In this document: positions 43,226-53,187 of the stretch, piece by piece
Numbering within the stretch: position 1 is the stretch's first letter
Layout of the letters: each line of letters starts with the position of its first letter
Source of the DNA: Rhodosorus marinus CCMP1338
Lineage: Eukaryota > Plantae > Rhodophyta
Reading direction: 5' to 3'
Length of the DNA stretch: 64,000 nt
Assembly (NCBI GenBank): GCA_029953675.1
Contig: JAMWBK010000001.1
Coordinates: 2,108,001 to 2,172,000, forward strand
The notes under the pieces: model-generated
What the model saw: the letters and a program-made list of their open reading frames with translations, nothing else
What the model was told of the DNA's origin: nothing
Database searches by the model: none
Program-made: the position numbers and the translations under genes

Positions 43226-46200
43226 CTGGAATATCTGGCATGCTTTGTACTAGGCGGAAAAGGTAAATTTGGTTTGGATTGGTCAAACAGAGCGGTTGTT
43301 GGTTTAGGGGAGGGGAACTAAGTGCTGTGCTGGATCGTCGCATACAGTGACACTACAGAAGAAACTCTCGAGGATAGCCTCTTGATGCTTTTAGAAAGCA
43401 TCTTCACGACAGACTTTTGCAGTGTATCCAAAGCTGTGTGCTTTACTGGTGGGGCCAGGAGGTGCTACAACGTAGAGCAGACGAGCACGAGACCTCCAAG
43501 ATGAAAGGCCGAAATTGTTGAGCCCTGCTCTCAGCGCATTTAAGGCTGGGCATATGATTCGTGAACAGGTGTTCCTTTCATCGGCCTAGTATGGTGGCTG
43601 GGGCTCGCACCGCGTTGTCGGATTGCAGACAGAGGTCGATGATTCTCATCCACAGTGCATCTCCATGGTTGCTTTGCTTTACCAGCCAGGCAGTGTTGCT
43701 GATCTACGAGACGCTGAACAGCTCTCGAACGGGGTTGTACCCCTGTCACTAAATGCCTCAAATATACTCTTAGAGTGCGTATATTGCTCATGACTGTGGT
43801 GAGCTCCTCTTGGAGAACTGCTTCGAGCTCTGCCTGGGATAGTCCTCCCATGTTGGATTGCAAAAGCGTATGACTTCGTCCGTGAGACGCTGAAACGAAC
43901 ACTGAGGGTGCGGTCTTCATGCCAAGCGCGCCGTGTGGAATTCAGTCACTGACATTGAATCGTGTGTATTTCTGAGAGTGACCGGCTGTTATTCTGATTA
44001 TTCTATATGCATGTTTGCTGAATGCTTGCTTTACTAGCGGCACTTTCAGCGTGTAAACAGGGCGAATGCGTGCTGACCATAAAGAAACCCTTTTTTGTGC
44101 TGGTATGGCTGTTGAGTTGATCTTCGTTCCCGCTCAAATCCTTCCGATCCGTTATGAGCGGACATCAGTACTGCTGCGTGACCACAACCCCCATCTGTGG
44201 AATCCATTCAGCATATTTTTCATCCTCATGCGTTTTTTTTTCGTTTTCGCGGAGCCTAACTGTCCTGAGGAGCGGAAAGTGAAAAGCTCAGGAACCGCGT
44301 CCAACAACGAAGAGGCGTTAGAGCCTCATGAGGAACTGCCACACCGAGCACCAGATATTCAGGCGGAGCACCCTCGGACGCACAGGCGCTGTTCTTCGAT
44401 ATCAGAGTGACGAGACGATTCCAGACCCAGCACCTGCGACGTACAGCTAGCCGTACTGGGAATGCGGCCAGCACCGCCGCACTGAGCAGAGTCAAGCAAT
44501 ACCGCGCCACTGTTGTAGAGCCAGAGAACTTTATCCGGGTGGCCTTCGAAACAAACAGACGACTTGCGGCACGCACAATGGCAGACTTTCGCCGCTTCAC
44601 CAGCATCTAGGTTCGGACCGACCCCCTTGAACAAGGCTCGGTTGTTGCAATGAACCGCACGCTGTGGAGAGGCAACTCTTGGGTTGCACTTCGTAGTTAT
44701 GGGCGCGCCAGTAGTTTTAGTAGACAGTGTTTACTGATGATTTAGCAGTCATACACTTGTGACTCCCCTCTCCCTGTCGTCTGACACCCACCCGTGGTTG
44801 TTAGTTTTCGAGTAAACCAGAGCGTCAAAGACAGCTCCGCGAGGAGACTGTTAGACGTTCCCGGCTCATTGCGATAGACTCGAAGAAGCAGCTCGAGGCA
44901 AACTCTCTCTAAAGACCAAAGTACTCCATAATGAGCCCGTAACCCAAGACAAACCGACCAGGCACCGCAGAGTCCGGAACCACAGGGTGAGTCATCGCCT
45001 CGGCGTATTGAGGCTCGTTCAGTAGATGAATACTGCTCGTGTAGGTAGTCTGGTCCAGATAGATCGTCCTCTTCTATCTCTTGAATGAAAAGCTGGACGA
45101 AGAAGTGTTCGAGCAACCACAGGGTGAGGGGGAGGGGGATGTGCTGCGGGGTCAGGAATAGATGGCGTGAACGTCATAGACGAGTAAACCAATGTGTCAT
45201 ATAGTATGTTGACGACGTACGGGGATACGCTCACCACCGAGAGCCCAACATGAGTTGGATGCCGTGTGAGAGCGCTTAAAAACTCTGACGAGTTCCATGG
45301 TAAAGAGGGCAAACCTCAAGCAGCGGGGTGAATTGGAAAAGGACGACGACAAGGCCCGGCGTTGGGAGATATATTTGTCGAATGGCAAGATGCCTTTGCC
45401 TGGGCAGTGGGCATAGCCAAATCTACAAGCAGTTCACCAACGGGAGATGCCCGTAGTCCTGCACGATTACGATAGGATCAAACATGCTCCTACTGTTCCC
45501 AACGTGAGCTGAGGTGACGTGCATTGGTTGTGGCAAGAATGGCGAGTTGACAAGTTGCCTGCGAAAGGTGTAAACGGAGCTTCTTGCGCCGATGAGAGTG
45601 GAAGAGGGCATTCAAGACCGAGCATTAGAAATAGCCAGGTGAAGGCTCTTCGTATCCAATACCAATGTCAACGTTCCATTTTGGGGGCGAAAATGGACTA
45701 TCTGCATATCCTGTCTAATTACTTCAGCAGAGCAATCCGACTCTTGCGAAAACGCAACCGCACAGTGAGCTTGATTGGAGGATCAAGAACAGGATTGAAT
45801 GGCAGCGGGGAGATACGCAATCTAAATACTACCTAAAATAGACCTCCACGTTCCTACGTCTATTTTACTACATAAATTTCAATACCAATCTTGTCCAATA
45901 CCGGATATAATTGGTCCACGTTCTGAGTCCCAGGGACGATCAAAACACACGGACCCCGGACGCAACCTCGACCACGAGACCCCACCTCCAAGATCCAAAA
46001 AAACCAGTCTGGACCAAATTCTTTCATTATTTAAGCAGATTTCGCCATGGCTATCAAATTTCTAGGGGGGTATTTGTGTACATGGAAATAGATCAGAAAA
46101 CCTCGGGCCACCGTTGAAGAATCAGTTCGCTCCAGCAAACGAGAAAATTTATCAGATTTCCTCTCCCAATGCATCCTTAATTTCTTCCGTTTTCCAAAAA

Positions 46201-47101
46201 CGAAAGATCACGTCCGTTGAGGAACAGACGTTAAAAATTAAACAATTAAAAATAATCGCACCCCCCCTAGCTGAAGAAAACCCCCAAAAACCGAGTTCGC
46301 TGCTGTTCGGGCAGAAAGCTCAAAAGAACTTTCAAAAAAACAAATTCGAGGAGGTCTCACTTATAGCATTGCTAAGAGGCAGATCCTCAGCTCGCCCCCC
46401 ACGTGATTTCGTAAAAATAAAGCTTTCCCAGGTTTCTCCCGATCCTTTTTCTTCTTATCACTTTCCAAAAGGGCAGATCAATCTCCAAGTACAATATGCC
46501 ACGTGTTCTTAAACCCAAATTCAACCAATAGAACAACATGATTAAAAATTGAGTCATTATATGAGCATCAATCATTTTGAATCTCATCCATGCCTGTCGA
46601 AACCTGTTGGGTTAGTGCTTATTAGTACAGCAGAAAATCATCTAAATACCATTCTAAAACATAAAAAAGAGGAATAAACTTGTACGAATACAGACTACTA
46701 TCAAGTATCAGCAGCCGATTATTATGAATTGACGAAGAATATTAATCCGTGAATCTCGTGGTCTGGAGAAGCTTGACAAAACGCGAAGGAAGTTGTGAGG
46801 GGGGGGGGAAAGAGGAGGATCAACAAATCCTTCTTTTTTTTGATAGTATACAAAAAATATGGATTGAATTAAGAATGAAATCAATGGAATATATAATTAA
46901 AAAATAAATACACCAATCAACGCTGATCACGATAAGTATGGATTCGGCCATTGCAACCAACCAAAACATTACATCATTAGAGTGGTCCAAACATTTCATT
47001 CATACGTTTGAATTTTCAATCTCTTTCAATTATTTTAAATACAAAAAATTAATGTTATCAGTTTTCTTCCTAGCTCCTTTCCACCCCCCCCCCCCCTTCC
47101 C

Positions 47102-47104
<3 letters not shown>

Positions 47105-47173
<69 letters not shown>

Positions 47174-47190
47174 GCTCTCTCGCTCTCTCT
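47105..47190 (+). repeat. (CT)29 microsatellite with degenerate tail
   Basis: Directly visible; preceded by a poly-C tract. Confidence 0.97.
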
Positions 47191-47538
47191 TCCTCGCCCT
47201 TCTTAAACAACAGTATTTGGCAACGGAAAGTGAGAAACATATTTTAAACGACGAGTAAAAATTACTACGCACACCGTCGATTCTAATCTGGAATTGATGG
47301 AAGCGAGTTTATTTCCTTTTTATTTAAGTTTTGCATGGAAACAATACTTTTTCTTTGTGTTTTTTCTGTTTTTCTTCCATTTCGTCGATTGAGGATCACC
47401 ACGAGGTAAAAAAAAATGATGCTGAATTTTCTAAGTTTTTGGATATGCTTTGATCAGGTTGAGCTAACTTTCGGGTTTTTTTGGGGGGGGGGGGGAGGAG
47501 GTGATCAATGAGGAGCGGGAAGGAAAAGAAGGGCAACG

Positions 47539-47576
47539 GAGAGGGAGAGAGAGAGAGAGAGAGGGAGAAGAGAGAG
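47539..47576 (+). repeat. Interrupted (GA)n microsatellite
   Basis: Directly visible. Confidence 0.9.
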
Positions 47577-47874
47577 TTGGTCGTGTTTATGAAAGTGGGA
47601 GAAGGTGGAGGTGGATTGATTGGAGAGAGAGAGGACTGGTGTGAGAGTAAAGAAGAGAAGTCCAGTTTTTGAGAAGTTGAAAGGTGGGGTGGTTTTGCTT
47701 GTTGTCCGTGTGGGGGGGTTGGTTGTGGCGGGGAGGGAGGTGAGAAGTTGAAAGGTTGGATTTGTTCTGGGGTTTGGTTAGGGTTGGTCGGGAGAGGCGG
47801 GAGTTTGGTGAAAGGGAAGGTTAACGTATGCTATAGTTTAGAGGTGGTTTTTGGTCTGGTGGGGCGGGGTGGTG

Positions 47875-49066
47875 ATGGCTAGGCCTGGATTCATTGGGAA
47901 TTTGGGTAAAGGATTTGGTATAGGTGGAGGTGGTGGTGGTGGAGGTGTGAGGTGTGGGAGGAATAATAACAATCGATGGGGAGAGTTTGAGGGGTTTTCG
48001 AAGGCGCTTATACCGAGCGTCGTTGCATCGGGGAGACCCAGCTTTGATGGTTATGTGGGAGAGGATGTGGTTGGGGAAAGGACTGCGTTTGTAACTCAGT
48101 ACAATAGTCCGGCTTTTGTTAATAATAGTGGGCGGCCGGTACGTCTTGGAATGGACTTTCCTGCGGCCGATAGGCGGTTTCTTTCGATGCGCAAGTCACT
48201 GACTTCTGGAGTTCTCTTTTGTCTGTTCTTGTTTTGGGCTCGCACAGGTTGTGGTTATACTTTCTTGGATGGGCGCAAACCGGAAGAACATTGAGAAGTA
48301 CACAGAGTTTTATAGAGAACGAGGATGCGACGTATACTTCTTCTTGAACAATGTTGGGCACGCTATCATACCCATCGAGTCACGGAGACAGGCTCATCGC
48401 GTGATGGAGACGCTTTCATCGATACCGCAAAACCGTCCTGTCTTTGTACATGCGTTCAGTATTGGGACTGGCGTCTACGGCTATGTCGTCGATATGATGC
48501 GCAACAAGGAAGAACAATTTAAGCATGTTGCTGGCGTGATATATGACTCCGGCCCGGCCATGATTTTTCCTTCAGACGTTGCGAAAGGACTTCACCTCGT
48601 CTGCCCCACCATCTCGAAGAAGGTGTGGTCAGTTTTTGCAAAGGCTTTCTTCACTGTCACGCAAGCCCGGAAGAACTTTCGAGTTGCTGAGGACGCCCTT
48701 GCCGAATCTCAACTAGCCCACGCGCCACAGCTCTACGTCTATTCCAAGGACGACACGGTAAGGCAACCAACTCACTTAATTACCCCTTCGGTGATCCAGC
48801 ATGGCTAACGCGCAGTCGACGGCACCCCACCAACGCAGATCATAGACGAGGTCCACACCTCCATTGGTCACTTCATTGATCAGAACCGCCGCCGAGGCAT
48901 TGAATGCTTCAGCAAGGTGTTTGAAAAGTCCAAGCACGTTATGCATCTACGCTACCACCCGGATGAGTACATGGAAAATCTTGGAGGGTTCTTGCAAAGA
49001 TGTTTGGAGAGACACGATCGAAGCTTTATCGCAGGCGAGCAATCGGCTCCTGCGGCAGCCCATTGA
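47875..49066 (+). CDS. TMEM53/DUF829-family alpha/beta-hydrolase-fold protein
   Basis: Spliced SGRP|VVVILSWMGANRKNIEKY, VFVHAFSIG, GVIYDSGPA, PQLYVYSKDD, FEKSKHVMHLRYHPDEY; three exons; Gly-rich transit-like N-terminus. Confidence 0.85.
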
Positions 49067-50127
49067 AGACTTCGGGCAAGACCGTTGCAATCGTAACTAA
49101 CTTTGAGAAGTGTTTGACAAGAAAGGACAACCTTACCTGTGGCGCACCGCTTTCGTGTGAGAGGAAAGAAGACCGACGAACGCAACCTGCAAAAACAGCA
49201 GAGCAGTTGGTTTCGAAGCCGGTTTTCCTTCCTGTTCCATTCTACGTCTTTTTTTTTGCTTGACGAGAATCTTTTATTCTAACTCGCTGAACGAGGCTCA
49301 GAGAAACCAAAAACATATTGCTGTCGGATCAGCAAACCCACCAGTAAACGTGAAAATGAAGAGGCTACGAGAATCTCTCTCTCTCTCTCTCTCTGTCTGT
49401 GCGGCTAGTGAAAGGCCGGGTTGTCCCCAACGACGGTCCTTGTTCGAAATTCTATGGGTTTCTAGATCATCGTCGCACAACCATGGTCGGAGGAGCTCTT
49501 CCATCGCCTTCCTGGGAAACGCGCAGACCTCGTCACCTCGTTTCATCTTCTGGACACGTCCACATGCATGAGCTAACTATGCTGGAAACCTGAACGATTT
49601 TACTATGCGAACAACCCGTCCACCAGACTTGCGGCTTCCACAGCCCAGATATGTCGGCCGTCTGCTCGCAGCTATGAACATACTACTGGAAGCCCCTGGC
49701 TGTTTTCAACTCCGCAAAATTGGCAACTTTAGTAGCTTTTACTTTTGGTTTTCCTCGTGCCCGAGCCATCTACATCCTCTTGAACGAGTAGGGTTCTATC
49801 TCTTTCTTCCCCTCATCAATGAGCTGAACCCAGACCACAAGCCATCCATTCTCACCACTGGATGAGACACTGAAGACCCGCCACACGGGAAGGTAGATGG
49901 TGATGCGTCTCCTGCCTCGACTCGGCGGTGGTGGACAAGAGGACCTCATTTCCACCTCTACATGTCCGGAAACCCACACCTTGTTCATACAAAGTCTCAG
50001 CAGCTGCTCATGTTTTAACGCGTTCCATTTACTTCTGCTTTGGCGCCTGGCGAAGTTCGGCCAGCGCTGAGGAGGAAGAGGCGGGGGGGGGTGAATTGCA
50101 GTCGACCGGGGCTGCCGAAGATGCACT

Positions 50128-51167
50128 CTATTCAGATTCCAGAGATGGTTCGAAGAACGTGTACACGGCAAAGACCTCGAAAAGAACGCCGGCGATGATC
50201 GCAACCGTTCGCTCGGAGATTCTCGTTGACACGAACGCTGCTCCGAGGACCGCGACGATGCTGCAGATTACGTTCGCAGCGGAGGCGCCCATGAACACAA
50301 CCGCGGTGTTTCCTGAGTACAAGAAAATAAGCAGAACAATAGATCGGGTTAGCGGGCCATCCAGATTCTTTCAAAAGGCCAGCGCTATAGCTCACCAGAC
50401 GCTGCGAGAGCCATAGTAGCAATCATGCTTCTGTCCAACCATTCCGCTACGAAGATGAGCGAAGAAGTCTTTGCCATGATCGGACCGGATCCCTCCGCAG
50501 TGACTCCGGACACAAGATCCTTGGCGTCTTCAACCTCGCCACCTATTCCAGGCTTGTCAGGTAGTTCACGGGACTGAACCAGCATCTGGATGCCGAAGAA
50601 CGCAAACAGGATAATAGACGCGACCCAGGTTACTTTCGGGTCGAGAAACTGTCCAATTTGACCCAGAAAGCAGGCGATTACAGTCATCGTAGTTAGTGCT
50701 ACCAGTGCCCCGATGAACACCAGCAGCGGGTTGTATCTCATCGCCATTAAAGCAGTCGCGAACATGCTCTTGTCACCGAACTGGGACAAGAAAACCACTC
50801 CAAACGCGCCCGTGAAGGACCGCCAAGGTCCAGCGGCCACCGTCAAGGCCGCAGGTGAACTCGCCATCGCTAAAAGGGCGGGCATCGCGATGCTCATTTT
50901 GGCGAGTTTAAACATCGCCCCATGCCTCGTCCTGAAGGACGCCGATCTCTTCGCGATCCTCGACAGCACCTCCACCAACTTTCTCAGTGTTTCCCGCACC
51001 TTAGGTCCCCGCGGCTGCACCACCTCCGGAGCGGTCGTGCTCTCCTCGCGTCTAGTCAGGGCCATTCGGATCGGCGCCGCCGCCCTCCGAGTACATCGTG
51101 CCTCCCTCGCACGTCCATGAACCGACTTCAATCCTCCGAGAGCGGACACAAACCCAGGTTCAGCCAT
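50128..51167 (-). CDS. GDT1/TMEM165/PAM71 (UPF0016) cation transporter, putative plastid-targeted, with altered signature motifs
   Basis: join(51167..~50394,~50317..50128). Two UPF0016 repeats: FGVVFLSQFGDKSMFATALMA and LIFVAEWLDRSMIATMALA; N-terminus MAEPGFV. Confidence 0.88.
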
Positions 51168-53187
51168 CCTTCCGCCCCTAGGCCCCCGCCCGCGCCCCCC
51201 CCTCCCCCCCTCTTCCTGGCCGCCCTAACAAACACAACAGATTCGAATCTCACAACAACAGCAAAGAGATCCAATACATACACCCTCCTCCAGTAGCGCC
51301 AAAGGCAATTGGTTTCACTTCCACAACTCTCCAACTTCCTCACCTCCCTCAGGGATCATACCAAGTCAACCCTTTTCAAGCCTTCGGAACTTCAGTCAAT
51401 CTCATATCTGTTTTCGCAAGAATCGATCGTCATCAATGCATTCAGATTGCTATCCTAACCACCCCCTTCGTCCCACCCCCCCCCTTAGAATACGAACAGA
51501 AAAGTTTTTTTGCAATATTCTCTTGGAGGTAGATTAAGATCTATGGATTGGAAAATGTGCAATATTTTATGTGACTTTAAGGACGATTACTGGATTATGT
51601 ATATTGTGCTAAGGGGCAAATTTTTAGCAACTGAATTCGGATGACCTTGTTTTTTACCCACCTTAAAAGGAAGGTTAGATTCATGCAAAGGAGGAGTGTA
51701 GCCTGGTCGGATCTGATGTGGTTGATCCCTGGCTGGATGTGTTGGACTGAGTGCCGACGTGCTCTGGTCATCAGTTTGAACAAAGAGCGCGTAATCCCAG
51801 CTCCATGCGTTTGTATTTCTCGAACCGCACCCGTAGTTGTGATGGGGAGAGCGGGTCTTGGTTCGCAGCACGTGTGCGTCAGCTACGATCGCATGCGGTT
51901 TGAACGCTGACCGTGCTCTCGACGTTGGAGCCTTTCGAATGCCTCACCTAATGTACTTACTCTAGCAGAGACCCTTGGTGTCGTTTCGTCTTATATGAAA
52001 ACCTCGAGGCAGGCAGGATTGCCTGGACCCGAATGCCTTTACGCGTCGCACGCGCTCTTCCAAAAGCAGCCACTGTACAAGCGACCACTGCCTGTTTGCA
52101 GATCTCATGATACCAGGGATAACCGGGCAAACAGGATTGAGTTTAGCGCTGAAGGAGTCGAAACCGGAGCTGAAGTCGGCTAGGCAAAAGTGTCCACTGC
52201 ACCACATGTCCTACCGAACGCGTCCCTTAACCACTCCATTTCAATTCCAACGCATCCACGGTCGATAATGACTGAATACAATCAAATTAGACTCTAAAGG
52301 ACGGACATTGGAAGAACGAAACACGTGTCACAACTTCAATAGCCAATGTGAGAATCATCAAACGGGGGATGGAAAACTTGAGATACGTCCATCTCACTTT
52401 TATGTGTTCTTGTTAAATTTAAAAAGATTGTTTTCCATTGCGCAACATCTAACTTGTACAATAAACAGGATAAATGTACTAAATTGGATTTTTATGAATG
52501 ACGGGAAACAGACAAGATAACAGCCTAAGGAAATATTTTTATGGTTATACTAAAATATGCTTTTTCATGTTCTGGACTGAGATTCTATTAGGAGTACGAA
52601 TCGGTTTTGCTAATGTGAGGGTTCAGGCCACAACAAGGTTCGCTTTTTGAGAGTGCCACTATTCTATGGGCACATTACGTGTGACCCAATTATCCAACCC
52701 TAATAGAGTATACGCCCTACCGGGCGTCGTTCATGAAACCCCCGAGGACGAGAGAACGTCTCCTGCTTTCTTCGCAGATCAAAAATCGGTTCGCTCTGAG
52801 ACGAGTGAGACGACTCCATCCTGTATGTACAAAAGTTAGAATCCTGTTAGTATGCTGGCATTGTTGTCCGATCGCCAAAGGAGGGTACTGGAGAAACAAA
52901 TGAACGCCATTGCAACTTTCTTCCCAAAGTCTTGCTATGCGGTGTCCCGCTGATGTGTCCCGTCCGTGTCCCGCCGTTCTCCAGTCCGGGCTGGTGATCA
53001 ATTAGACTGAAGCGATGCAGATGGAACTTTAGCAACTTTGCTGAGCGCTTCAATGAACACTTCATGGGCGTTTTCGTGTTGGCTTGAATCAATACAGGAG
53101 ACGGATTGAGTCTCTTGAAGCTCGGTTTGAGAACGATTGTCGGTAGTTCGTTCGGGTTGTGTTTCCCCTTTTTTCTTAGTGGGGACG

